In this document: piece after piece, positions 1-9,642 of the stretch
Position numbering within the stretch: the first letter of the stretch is position 1
Layout: each line of letters begins with the position of its first letter
Notes under the pieces: generated by a model
Told to the model about the DNA's origin: nothing
Database searches by the model: none
Seen by the model: only the letters and a program-made list of their open reading frames with translations
Assembly (NCBI GenBank): GCA_049598495.1
Contig: JBMYNR010000007.1
Span: 1-32,159, forward strand
Reading direction: 5' to 3'
Length of the DNA stretch: 32,159 bases
DNA from: Opitutales bacterium
GTDB taxonomy: Bacteria; Verrucomicrobiota; Verrucomicrobiia; Opitutales; Coraliomargaritaceae
Made by a program: the position numbers and the translations under genes

Positions 1-186
1 CAGCGACTCCGTCGCAGACACCGCACCCGGCCATGTGGCGCCGATAAAAACAAGACAGAGAAAAAGTCTTCCAGACGAAGAAAACGACGAAGAGAACAAC
101 GGACGGAACGGCGGACAGCTGAAGCGCTTCTGTAAACAGTTGCCTGCGATGGGGATTGCGACTCGATCGGGGTAGAGGATTTTCAC
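1..186 (-). CDS. Possible 5' end of an exported protein running off the left window edge
   Basis: Open frame from GTG at 186 to the window edge, ending ...RLFLCLVFIGATWPGAVSA-TESL, which resembles a signal peptide. No homology recognised and the start is uncertain. Confidence 0.3.
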   Translation of the reverse strand, partial: MKILYPDRVAIPIAGNCLQKRFSCPPFRPLFSSSFSSSGRLFLCLVFIGATWPGAVSATESL

Positions 187-431
187 GCGGCCATGCTAAC
201 ATAGGACCATTAAGTTATCGTTAAGCGGGTGAACCTTTTTGATCCTTCGTGGGTATTTACCGTAATTTTACAATTCCAGGGCCACAGGCCCCCAGCAAGG
301 TCGACGGGCAAGCACTTCCGCCCCTTCGGGGCTCTTCACACGTCGACGCGACTGACATCGCATCGCTACGCACAGCTTCCCTCCCTTCTTAACGGCGGTC
401 GAATTCTACCAATTCGAGAAGCTGAGATACC

Positions 432-1274
432 CTAAACACGACGACGCGTCATCCAGCCACCCAACCAACGGGCGAACACGCAAACAAATGCAGCCATGGA
501 AACCAGCGCAGCCCCAAGGCTCAATGGAATTACCCACAACTGCATAGCAGCCAGAGCCGAAAATAATGCGATGAGGACGATCGCAACTGGAACCCAATCC
601 GTATGTATGCGATGGATGCGTGCGGCGTAGTACACAGGCAAAACGAACGGAGGCATGGCTAGGATCAGAGTAAAGACCAAACAAGCGAGACTGAGTAGCC
701 CGAGCAGGCCGCTGTAGGCCGCAGCCCCCAGAGCATTGATTTCGTAAACGTGAAGGAGTAAGGCGTTTATGGTAAACGCCGCCGCCGATAAAGATCGCAC
801 CGCAATAGGCGACCAAGCCCGCACAGCTGCCAGCGGCTCCGCGTCGAGGCTGTAACCGAAGCGATAGAGTTCGGCACCCAGTTCGGCTAGACTGAATGCG
901 GTTGGCTGCCAGGAAAGCCCCAAACGATTCCCTGAGAGACTGACCTCAGCCTGAGTGATGCCCGGTCGCCGCCGCGTGAGACGTTGAACCAGCCAGACGC
1001 AGCCCATGCAAGACATCCCGGATACGGCGAAGGTGGCCTGTGGCCTCCCGCCAGTCTCCACCCTCTTCTGAGTCGCGTAGAGTGCATTTGCGTCAACGGA
1101 AGGTAGCGCCCGATCCTTGAGCGGTTCAGCCACCCGATCCTGAAAACTGTAAAAATCATCCAGACCCTGGTTATGTATCAGGGAATAAACCTCTCGGCAC
1201 CCAGGACAACAAAACTCCCCCGAAACGGGCTCTCCTAAAATGGTGTTTGAGCAATGACGACAGATGAGACTCAT
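432..1274 (-). CDS. Membrane protein matching the N-terminal metal-binding part of CcoI/FixI-type P1B ATPases, without the catalytic domains
   Basis: CRHC...FCCPGC motif, HMA motif GMSCMGC, then about 4 hydrophobic segments. No TGE, DKTGT or GDGxND motif before the stop. Confidence 0.75.
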   Translation of the reverse strand: MSLICRHCSNTILGEPVSGEFCCPGCREVYSLIHNQGLDDFYSFQDRVAEPLKDRALPSVDANALYATQKRVETGGRPQATFAVSGMSCMGCVWLVQRLTRRRPGITQAEVSLSGNRLGLSWQPTAFSLAELGAELYRFGYSLDAEPLAAVRAWSPIAVRSLSAAAFTINALLLHVYEINALGAAAYSGLLGLLSLACLVFTLILAMPPFVLPVYYAARIHRIHTDWVPVAIVLIALFSALAAMQLWVIPLSLGAALVSMAAFVCVFARWLGGWMTRRRV

Positions 1275-1362
1275 ATCTTTTGGGCTCTTCGCAAGAACTC
1301 ACGATCTCGTTCACTCAAGAAAGGCTGGCTAGACACTGCCCTAGGGAGTGCCTGGAAATTCC

Positions 1363-4300
1363 CTAAAGCAAATCGAAACGTTCAATTCCTTTGCGGACAT
1401 CGGATAAAAACGCAGCCGCCCCCACCCCATTGATCCATCTATGGTCGAAAGTAAGGACCAGCGAGCAGACTTCCATCGTGTCACCTTCCTTCGATTTAGG
1501 ATCGGGCAATTGGTAAGGGGCCCCAATAAAGAGCGTGGCAATTGCGGGCGGAACAACAATTGGGATCGCCGAGCGAACATTGTAGGCGGCCATACTGGAA
1601 ATTGAGATCGAGACCCGGTTCTTGGAATCGGCTTCGCCGTGCCTTGTCCGGCGAAGGGCATCATTAAACACCTCAGGGAAGGCATCCCACTCAAGCTGAT
1701 TGGCACCCTTGACCACAGCCGTCTCCAATGCATCCCCCGGCAGGGCCACCGCGACGCCCAAATCAAAACGTTCGGGGTCATAAACAAGATCATCATCCCC
1801 CACCACCGAGGCAAAGCGCTCGTGCTTCTTGATCGCCTGCGTCACCGCCCAAGCGCACATCGTGGTGGTCGACATGGTGCCGGCAGCGGTCTTTTTGCTC
1901 CGCAAGCGGGCATCACGCACCGCCTCCCAGCGACAAGTGATATCAATGGTCGCCGGGATAATGCCTTGAAGTTGTTTGACCGCCTCTTGAGAAAGCCCTC
2001 CCGTCCGCTTCTGCTCATCGGACGGAAGCGATACCTCCTTTTGCACAAGGGGCACCCCAGATACCGGTCCGTTCATTTTCAGCTCGACCAAATCCTGCCC
2101 CACTTTGACTTCGTCGTCCACAGAGACACACCACTCCCCGAGGATGCCATCTTCATCGCACTCGATTGGAAAGACCGCCTTATCGGTTTCGACCTCGCAG
2201 AGTGCGTCATCGGCTCGGATCGTTTCTCCAGGGTGCTTTAAAATGGAAACCACTCTCGCGACACGGATGCCCTCGCCGAGGATCGGTACCGTAATGGCTT
2301 TACTGTTCGAGGTCGGAGCGGATTCTTCGGGAGCAATCATATCAGAAGCGTCGGAGTTAACAGCGGACGTAGGCACGGTCGTTTTATCAAGAGCGGTCTC
2401 CAATGTCGATGCAAGCAGGCGATCGAGGGCGGATTGGATACGGTCCTTGTCAGGCAAGGCGGCATACTCATAGATCGGATTGAAGCCAACATGGACATCA
2501 TCTTTCGAGACAATGACGGGCGGACTCTTTAAACTCTGAAGGATATCGCGACGGCCACACATTTCCGCCAAGATCATTTGTCCGACACTCGCGCTGATAT
2601 TGTCTTCCTGAACAACCATCAGACGGCCCGTCTTGAGAATGGAGGTCGCAATCGTTTCACGATCCCATGGTTGAATCGAGCGCAAGTCGATCAACTCGAC
2701 GTCAAGTTCCGCTTCCATCTCATCGAGCGTCTCCTCAACCAGCTCCACGCAATTGCCCCAGGTTAAGAGAGTGAGTAGGTTTCCCTCACGAATGATCCGC
2801 GCTTCCCCAAGCGGCACGGCCGCCACGGCCCCGACTTTCTGGTCCGCCCACATCAAATGTTTTGGCAGAAGAATAATCGTCGGATCCTCCCCGTTCAAGG
2901 CCGTCCAGAAAACCCCAGCGGCATCCGCCGGAGTGGAAGGCACCACGACTCGAATACCCGGTATCCTCGCGAAGGAAGCCTCCCCCGCCTGACTATGCCA
3001 CAAAGCACCACCCGGGAGATAGCCCCCGCAGGGTGCGTATATGACAAGTGGACATTTCCACTGCCCGAAACTGCGCCAGCGCAAGGTTGCCATATTGGAG
3101 ACCAACTGGTTCCAGCCCGGATAAATGAAGTCAACGAACTGAATTTCAAAGCAGGGTCGCTTCCCGTAGGATGCGAGTCCAACGGCCACGCCCATGATGG
3201 TGGATTCTGCCAAGGGCGAATTCACCGCACGGGCTGGGTGCTTCGTCGACAGTCCTTTTGTTAGGTTAAAGACGCCCCCCTTCGGATCGGCGATATCCTC
3301 TCCGAAAAAGACCACATCCTGCATGGAATCAATGGCCGCATGGAAAGTCTTGTTCACCGCGTCAAGCATCCGACAGGAATCGCCCAGTTCAATGGACGGC
3401 ATGGATACAGGCAAACTCTCGGGCCCCGTCAAGTGGAGGCGACATTCCTCCGCCATGGGATCTTGCATCGTGCCCGCGTGCTTATAGGCCTCGCGCACCT
3501 CTTCCCGGATCGTCTCCTCCAATGCCGACGCATCCGATTCAGAGAGAAGCCCCTCATCAATCATCCGCTGCCGGTAAGCGAGAATCGGATCGCGGTCCTG
3601 CATCGCGTTCAGTTCGTCCGCCGCCCGATACATCCGCTGATCATCCGCGCTGGAATGATTTGAGAATCGCTCGACATCACACCAGATAAAGGCGGGCCCC
3701 TGTCCCGAACGAGCCTGATCGACCGCGGCTTGCCCGACTTGATAAACCGCCTCGATATCACTGCCGTCGACACGATGCCACTCTTCCTGATTCAAAACAC
3801 CCAGCGCAATCGGGTTCGTCCGGACGGTCGAAGTGCTGATCGCGATACGGTTATCCTCCACGACAAAGACGATCGGTAGCTTCCGCTCCTTCGCGAAACA
3901 CACCGCCTCGAAAAAATCACCTTGTCGAGCAGAGGCTTCGCCCAAAGAGGCATAAACAACATGACTCTTGCCCTCCAACTGCATCCCCCATGCGGCGCCA
4001 CAGGCCGGTAGAAGATGGGCTCCCACCGGGGATGGATGGCTCCAAATATTGAGCTTACGATCACTGAAGTGTCCCGTTAACTGACGTCCTCCACTTGAAG
4101 ATTCCCGTTTCGCGTAAAATGCGAGCGCCATATCTAGATCCGACAGACCACGCTGCAAACAGAAGGCCCGATCTCGATAGTAGGGGAAGGCATAGTCGTC
4201 TTCCTCTAAAGTCAGTGCGAGCGCGGCCAGCGCCTCGTGCCCCATTCCGGAGATATGGAACCAGCCCTTACCTTGGCGGATCAAACTCTGCTCCCGCAAA

Positions 4301-4392
4301 TCTCCCAAGCGACTCCTTAAGATAGAGCGAAGAAGCTCAAGTCGGGTGCAGCGATCTAATGCGGATGTCGGATGGGACGATTGTTTCGACAT
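1363..4392 (-). CDS. Fused 2-oxoacid dehydrogenase E1alpha-E1beta-lipoyl domain-E2 acyltransferase (branched-chain/pyruvate type)
   Basis: E1a motifs GHEA, YYRD, GEAS...EDN and HSSADD; E1b motifs GEDI and EIQFVDF; lipoyl motif VETDKA; E2 motif TFDHRWING. Start placed at MSKQ (4392); the supplied ORF extends to 4419. Confidence 0.9.
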   Translation of the reverse strand: MSKQSSHPTSALDRCTRLELLRSILRSRLGDLREQSLIRQGKGWFHISGMGHEALAALALTLEEDDYAFPYYRDRAFCLQRGLSDLDMALAFYAKRESSSGGRQLTGHFSDRKLNIWSHPSPVGAHLLPACGAAWGMQLEGKSHVVYASLGEASARQGDFFEAVCFAKERKLPIVFVVEDNRIAISTSTVRTNPIALGVLNQEEWHRVDGSDIEAVYQVGQAAVDQARSGQGPAFIWCDVERFSNHSSADDQRMYRAADELNAMQDRDPILAYRQRMIDEGLLSESDASALEETIREEVREAYKHAGTMQDPMAEECRLHLTGPESLPVSMPSIELGDSCRMLDAVNKTFHAAIDSMQDVVFFGEDIADPKGGVFNLTKGLSTKHPARAVNSPLAESTIMGVAVGLASYGKRPCFEIQFVDFIYPGWNQLVSNMATLRWRSFGQWKCPLVIYAPCGGYLPGGALWHSQAGEASFARIPGIRVVVPSTPADAAGVFWTALNGEDPTIILLPKHLMWADQKVGAVAAVPLGEARIIREGNLLTLLTWGNCVELVEETLDEMEAELDVELIDLRSIQPWDRETIATSILKTGRLMVVQEDNISASVGQMILAEMCGRRDILQSLKSPPVIVSKDDVHVGFNPIYEYAALPDKDRIQSALDRLLASTLETALDKTTVPTSAVNSDASDMIAPEESAPTSNSKAITVPILGEGIRVARVVSILKHPGETIRADDALCEVETDKAVFPIECDEDGILGEWCVSVDDEVKVGQDLVELKMNGPVSGVPLVQKEVSLPSDEQKRTGGLSQEAVKQLQGIIPATIDITCRWEAVRDARLRSKKTAAGTMSTTTMCAWAVTQAIKKHERFASVVGDDDLVYDPERFDLGVAVALPGDALETAVVKGANQLEWDAFPEVFNDALRRTRHGEADSKNRVSISISSMAAYNVRSAIPIVVPPAIATLFIGAPYQLPDPKSKEGDTMEVCSLVLTFDHRWINGVGAAAFLSDVRKGIERFDLL

Positions 4393-4605
4393 GAATGTGC
4401 AATAAAAAACAGATCTCAAAAGACCTGTAGCTGGCAGTTTGGGTTACTAAACGCGACGGATATTCGGCTAGCAAGGCTGAATCAAATTCCCCGTGTAGCA
4501 AATTTCAGATTTTCGAGCGACACCAAGTCAAGGGGTCGGCCTCGGCATGGACGTTAAGGTATTGATTTCTTTGCGGCTTAAAGACAGATATCGTTTAAGT
4601 CCATC

Positions 4606-6189
4606 ATGCCCGACCTCGAACTTCCAGGCTTACAGATTTTACTCCTCGGGGAGAGGGAAGCCGAGACAGACCTTGTATTCAAGACCCTGGAACTGACCAG
4701 GCTGCCGATGGAGATACAAGTCGTCAATTGTCTGAAGGAAGGCCTTCGTGCGCTCCGTAAGCAGGCCTTCAACGTAATTTTACTGGATCTAAACCTCTCG
4801 GATAGCCAGGGCATCGAGACGCTTAAATCGATGATGGTCGAAGTAAAGGAGGCGGTCGTCATTGTGCTCGCGGACGTGGACGACGAGGAATGCTCTCTCA
4901 AATCACTGCAGCTAGGCGCGCAAGACTATCTGCTCAAAGATCGCTTGAGCGGTGAGGATCTCCGGCAGTCTATCCGCTACGCGATCGAGCGAAGCAATCT
5001 TCTACGGAAGCCGCAGAACCACATTCAACGGACTGAAGATAAACTCTTCCAGGCAGAGAAATTGAATTCTATCAGCTTACTGGCTGGAGGCATCGCTCAC
5101 GATTTCAACAACATGCTGGCCACCATTTTAGGCAATATCTCGATGATTCGCATTGAAATGGACGAAGGACACAGTTACTCAGAAAAATTGCTTGCCGCTG
5201 AAAAAGCCGCCCTGCAGGCCAAGTCCCTGACCCAGCAGCTTCTCACCTTGTCAAGGGGTGGCACCCCTGTCCTCGAAGTCACCACAGTGGCCGAGGTGGT
5301 CGAGGAGTGTGCACAATTCGTCCTCCGAGGCTCAAACGTGAAATGCGAAGTATCCAAAGACGAAGATCTATGGCCAGTCGATGCCGACAAGGGGCAGATC
5401 AGCCAGGTCGTGAACAACCTCATCATCAATGCAGATCAGGCCATGCCACGTGGAGGAAAGATCGCCATCAGCATCGGCAATTCGAAGATTAGTCCATCGG
5501 AAGTACCCTCTCTGGATTCAGGCAACTATGTGTGCATCGAATTCAAAGACGAGGGGGACGGCATTCCCCCCGAGAATCTCAAGCGAATCTTCGACCCCTA
5601 CTTTACAACGAAGAAAGCCGGCAATGGATTGGGTCTCGCGTCTTCTTATTCCATTGTACAGAGCCACAAGGGTAGCATCATTGCCGAGTCTACTTTGGGC
5701 TCGGGTTCGGTCTTCAAAGTCTATCTTCCGAAGAGCCAAAGATCCGTAGAGCCAGTCAATACCACAGAGATAAAACAGGCAAAGGAGAGCTCCAAAGAGA
5801 CCATTCACCGAGGCAAGGGTCGTATTCTTGTTATGGACGACATGGAGGCCATGATGTTGGTCGCAGGCGAGATCTTGACGGTGCTTGGCTACGAGGTCGA
5901 GTATACGACGAACGGCGAAGAGGCGATCGCTGCTTATCAAAAGGCCAAGGAATCGGGTAACGGCTTCGATGCTGTTGTCTTCGATTTAACCGTCCCCGGC
6001 GGCATGGGCGGTGAGGAGGCCGCGAATATTCTAATCGAATACGATCCGGATCTAATCGCAATTGCATCCAGCGGATACACGACATCCAATGTTATGTCCG
6101 CCCCCCAAGACTCTGCGTTCAAAGGCGTGGTTCCCAAACCCTATCGGATTAAGGAAATGGGTGACGCACTGCACAAGGTGCTCAGTTAA
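4606..6189 (+). CDS. Soluble hybrid histidine kinase (REC-HisKA-HATPase-REC)
   Basis: H-box AGGIAHDFNN, N-box NLIINADQA, G/F boxes DEGDGI and FDPYFTTK..GNGLGL; receiver domains at both ends; no transmembrane segment. Confidence 0.9.
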   Translation: MPDLELPGLQILLLGEREAETDLVFKTLELTRLPMEIQVVNCLKEGLRALRKQAFNVILLDLNLSDSQGIETLKSMMVEVKEAVVIVLADVDDEECSLKSLQLGAQDYLLKDRLSGEDLRQSIRYAIERSNLLRKPQNHIQRTEDKLFQAEKLNSISLLAGGIAHDFNNMLATILGNISMIRIEMDEGHSYSEKLLAAEKAALQAKSLTQQLLTLSRGGTPVLEVTTVAEVVEECAQFVLRGSNVKCEVSKDEDLWPVDADKGQISQVVNNLIINADQAMPRGGKIAISIGNSKISPSEVPSLDSGNYVCIEFKDEGDGIPPENLKRIFDPYFTTKKAGNGLGLASSYSIVQSHKGSIIAESTLGSGSVFKVYLPKSQRSVEPVNTTEIKQAKESSKETIHRGKGRILVMDDMEAMMLVAGEILTVLGYEVEYTTNGEEAIAAYQKAKESGNGFDAVVFDLTVPGGMGGEEAANILIEYDPDLIAIASSGYTTSNVMSAPQDSAFKGVVPKPYRIKEMGDALHKVLS

Positions 6190-7177
6190 TCCGAACTCGG
6201 TCGACCCAAATCGCCGCCGTAATGAGTTGCAGGGGGTGAAACACGATCAGGGGCAGAAGGAGCCAGCCCAGTTGAACCACTAGAGCAGCTGGCAACGCGG
6301 TGAAGATCGCGGCCGCAAGCGGCAACCCCGTCGCCAAAGATTTTTGGGAAGCACAAAAGAAGGCCGCAAGACGCTCGCCGGGCGTGAGCTTCAAAAGGCC
6401 TGAGCTCAGCCACGTAAGCACTGCAACAAGGAGGACCAAGCTCCCGGTGGCGACAAAGAGTAGCGCGATTCGAGCGAATGAAAACGACTCGAAATAGCCA
6501 CCGGCAACCGCGTCGGCGAAGGCCGCGTAAACAACAAAGAGGATGACCCCGCTACAGACCCGCTTTGACCGCGAAGCAAGCCTGGCGGCAAGCGTGGGCA
6601 AGCACACCCGGGCAACTTGGCCGAGCAGCAACGGAAGCACAATCAAAAGGCTCAATTGAACCAACAAGGGACCGATGGGGAGCTGGATCGATTCGGTGGT
6701 ATCGAGAAACAGAGCCACCCATGCGGGGACGATGATTACCCCGAGTAAGTTGGATAATCCTGTGGCACAGATCGCACTTGCTGTTTGCCCACCCGCAAGA
6801 CCGGTCAAGGCAACCGCGGACGAGATCGTTGTCGGCATGATAGACAGCAAGGCAAACCCCAGAAGGATATTCTGCGGCACCCATTGGCTCATGGCAAGGC
6901 TGCCGAGCAGAATAAGCACAGGGAAAAAGATGAAGTTCCAACTCAAGACGAATAACAGCAGGCGGACGGGGCGGTAGCCGTTTGACAAATCACGTAGTGG
7001 GAGCGAAAGACCCTGAAGGAAAAAGATCCACCATACCCCGAGCATCGTTGTCCATTCGGGCCGCAGAAGACCGCCCTTCATGCCCGGCTCGGGAAAGACC
7101 GCCGCCAGAAGCAGCATAAGCAGAAGTAGCACCGTGAATCCATGCCGTTGAAAGCGAGCTATTCCTACAGTCTTCAT
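6182..7177 (-). CDS. Bile acid:sodium symporter (SLC10/SBF-like) family transporter
   Basis: About 9-10 hydrophobic segments; motifs FFLQGLSL, MPTTISS, FCASQKSLATGLP and FHPLQL. ATGA overlap with the upstream tonB stop. Confidence 0.85.
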   Translation of the reverse strand: MKTVGIARFQRHGFTVLLLLMLLLAAVFPEPGMKGGLLRPEWTTMLGVWWIFFLQGLSLPLRDLSNGYRPVRLLLFVLSWNFIFFPVLILLGSLAMSQWVPQNILLGFALLSIMPTTISSAVALTGLAGGQTASAICATGLSNLLGVIIVPAWVALFLDTTESIQLPIGPLLVQLSLLIVLPLLLGQVARVCLPTLAARLASRSKRVCSGVILFVVYAAFADAVAGGYFESFSFARIALLFVATGSLVLLVAVLTWLSSGLLKLTPGERLAAFFCASQKSLATGLPLAAAIFTALPAALVVQLGWLLLPLIVFHPLQLITAAIWVDRVRIN

Positions 7178-7830
7178 TCAAGGGAAATCTGGATGGGCCA
7201 CTCGTAGCGAGCGCGCACCGGCTCTCCGTTTCGAACGGGAACGGAGAAGCGAGTGCCCATCGCCATACGTTTCGCAGGTTCGATCAACTCCCGATGTGAA
7301 AAATCAAGCACATCCTGCACACTTACACGACCGTTCACGTCGATAATGATCAGTAGGTTCACAAACTTCTGCCCCCGACCCCGCGGACCATTCGTCGGAT
7401 AACGGTACTGTCCAGCTCGGACGACCCGTGGAATTTCATCAAGCTCCCCAAAACCGAAAATCGACTCCAACTGCTCGACCGATTCGGTGGAAAAATTGAT
7501 TCCCAAGCCCATATCGATCCCGAGATTCCCTCCGGTTCCTGCGTTTAACCCGATCTCTAATTGCTCGAGGCTCGGCATCGGAGGCGGCAGCTTGAGTTCG
7601 GGCGGGGGCTCTTCTTCGCGTCTGGGTGGGGGCGGGGGCGGCTCCTCAAGCGGAAGTGGAGGAGGAGGAGCGACGTCGGCCTGCTCAATAACAACAACCC
7701 GTTCCCGGTCTGGCTTCAGCAACTGCGCAAACGGAACCATCAAGAGAATAAACAAAGCCACGCAAATACCCAGCAGGACACTGAGCCAGCTCCCCTGTGA
7801 TTCACCCTGCGATGGAAATATGCGTGACAT
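7174..7830 (-). CDS. tonB: TonB-family energy transducer
   Basis: N-terminal TM anchor, Pro/Glu-rich linker (PPPPLPLEEPPPPPP), C-terminal YP...IIDVNGRV...RFSVPVRNGEPV TonB_C-like domain. Confidence 0.8.
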   Translation of the reverse strand: MSRIFPSQGESQGSWLSVLLGICVALFILLMVPFAQLLKPDRERVVVIEQADVAPPPPLPLEEPPPPPPRREEEPPPELKLPPPMPSLEQLEIGLNAGTGGNLGIDMGLGINFSTESVEQLESIFGFGELDEIPRVVRAGQYRYPTNGPRGRGQKFVNLLIIIDVNGRVSVQDVLDFSHRELIEPAKRMAMGTRFSVPVRNGEPVRARYEWPIQISLE

Positions 7831-7950
7831 TTTGCTGGGGCAGTTCTGGACAGCACCATCGATTTGTCAAAGTCCGATAGCACCCGCGAGAGCCTTGACA
7901 GAGGCCAAGCCCACTGGCAAATCAGACGCTTTCCCAATCAACTCATACCC

Positions 7951-8508
7951 ATGGCATCACCCACAGACGTTCGAAAAGGCAAGGTTCTCAACTACCAAGG
8001 TAATCCACACCTCGTGCTCGATGTACAACACCGCACGCAGGGCCGCCAGGCCGGCTTTATGCAAGTCACCATGCGCAACCTCAGCACAGGCGCTAGCACC
8101 AACACGAAGATACGAACGACCGACAGTGTTGAGATTATGCACACCGATATGGTTAAACTCGAGTTCAGCTACGTCGACGGCGACGGCTACCATTTCATGG
8201 ACCCAGAGACCTTTGACGATGTGATCCTTGGGGAGAGCCTCGTCGAAGACGCCAAGGACTTCCTTGTCGAAACCCAAGCCTACAGTATCCTTCACGTGGA
8301 TGATAAGCCGATCTCCATCGATCTTCCCGCTTCGATCGAAATGAAGGTGACCGAGTCAGCCGAAGGGGTGAAAGGCGACACGGCCAGTAATGTCCAGAAA
8401 CCTGCAACACTCGAAACAGGGCTGACGATCCAGGTGCCTCTCTTCATCAAGGAGGGGGAGACGATCAAGGTAAATACCGCCGACCGCTCCTACGCGGGGC
8501 GCGCTTAG
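7951..8508 (+). CDS. efp: Elongation factor P
   Basis: MASPTDVRKG start, FMDPETF, GVKGDTA..KPATLETG...VPLFIKEGE signature; 185 aa. Confidence 0.95.
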   Translation: MASPTDVRKGKVLNYQGNPHLVLDVQHRTQGRQAGFMQVTMRNLSTGASTNTKIRTTDSVEIMHTDMVKLEFSYVDGDGYHFMDPETFDDVILGESLVEDAKDFLVETQAYSILHVDDKPISIDLPASIEMKVTESAEGVKGDTASNVQKPATLETGLTIQVPLFIKEGETIKVNTADRSYAGRA

Positions 8509-8558
8509 CCAGATGCAACGATCCGGTTCCTCGCGCTTCAGCTAGCCATCGATTTCCG

Positions 8559-9446
8559 ATGAAACCCACGCTCTTAGTTCTGGCGGCCGGAATGGGCAGC
8601 CGTTACGGTGGGCTCAAGCAACTCGACCCGATGGGCCCAAAGGGAGAGACCCTCCTGGATTATTCCGTCCGCGATGCCATCGCTGCTGGCTTCACAAAGA
8701 TCGTCTTCGTCATTCGCCGTGACTTTGAAGACGAGTTCAAGCAAGCGGTCGGTTCCAAATACAAAGATACCGTTGAAGTCGCTTACGCCTTACAGGAGCT
8801 AGACGATTTGCCACAGGGCTTCACGGTTCCGGAAGGCCGCACCAAACCCTGGGGCACGACACACGCCCTTCGAGCCGCGCGCCGTGAAGTAAAGGATCCT
8901 TTCGTCGTGATCAACGCCGACGATTTTTACGGGGCGGATGCCTATGAGCGCGTCATGCCTTTCCTCGCGGGCTGCGATCCTCAGGACGCCGCTCGAACCG
9001 CCATGGTCGGCTACCCTATCCTCAATACCCTCTCACCCCACGGCACGGTTAACCGGGGAATCTGCAGAACAGACAAAGGGGTTTTGCAAACCGTTGAAGA
9101 ACACAGCGAAATCAAGGAAGCCAAAGACGGTCGCCTCACCGCTTGCAATCTAGCGGGCGAACAAGTCGAACTGGATCGCGATTGTCTCGTCTCAATGAAC
9201 TTTTGGGCCTTCCCCCCTGCCCTCTTTGAAGTCATCGAACGCGATTTCACCACTTTCCTCAAGACCCACGGTGGTGAGAAAAATTCCGAATGCTATATTC
9301 CGACCGTTATCAACGATTTGATACAATTAGGGCAGACGCACTGCGAAATGCTTCCTACAACCGGAAATTGGTTCGGCGTGACCTATCCGGCCGACCGCGA
9401 GCAAGTCCAGAAAAAACTCGAAGCACTGCGCGGTTCGACCGATTAA
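8559..9446 (+). CDS. Nucleotidyltransferase (NTP_transferase / sugar-phosphate nucleotidyltransferase-like)
   Basis: LAAGMGSRYGGLKQ, KPWGT, VINADDFYG and WFGVTY motifs. Confidence 0.88.
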   Translation: MKPTLLVLAAGMGSRYGGLKQLDPMGPKGETLLDYSVRDAIAAGFTKIVFVIRRDFEDEFKQAVGSKYKDTVEVAYALQELDDLPQGFTVPEGRTKPWGTTHALRAARREVKDPFVVINADDFYGADAYERVMPFLAGCDPQDAARTAMVGYPILNTLSPHGTVNRGICRTDKGVLQTVEEHSEIKEAKDGRLTACNLAGEQVELDRDCLVSMNFWAFPPALFEVIERDFTTFLKTHGGEKNSECYIPTVINDLIQLGQTHCEMLPTTGNWFGVTYPADREQVQKKLEALRGSTD

Positions 9447-9602
9447 GCGTTCATAGATGACGACTTGTAAGCAGTGGCACAGCGAAGCCACGCAGGGTCC
9501 TCCGTGTTGATTCAAATAAACCAATTGAATCGTGGAGCTGCGCCTTCCCTCTGATATTGTTGCGCTTCTTCTGCCATAAGCGGCACGTTCACCAAAAAAT
9601 TT

Positions 9603-9620
9603 TGGTCGGCCTACGGGGAT
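9603..9620 (-). repeat. Degenerate tRNA-Pro-3'-end-like (att-like) site marking the distal island border
   Basis: Minus strand ATCCCCGTAGGCCGACCA versus tRNA end ATCCCTCCGCCCCGACCA (12/18, both ends conserved); both are followed by AAAT. Confidence 0.5.
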
Positions 9621-9642
9621 GGCGATACGAAATTAGAAAAAA

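Noticed and set aside
293..354. GTCGACG...GCCCCTTCGGGGC...CGTCGAC nested hairpin in the first intergenic region as a possible ncRNA or riboswitch
   Set aside because: No SRP, 6S or riboswitch signature that I can recognise; a short stem in GC-rich DNA is weak evidence.
1341..6500. Many 60-200-aa ORFs antisense to or overlapping the long genes (also throughout the window)
   Set aside because: They are shadows of well-supported genes in GC-rich DNA and show no family motifs.
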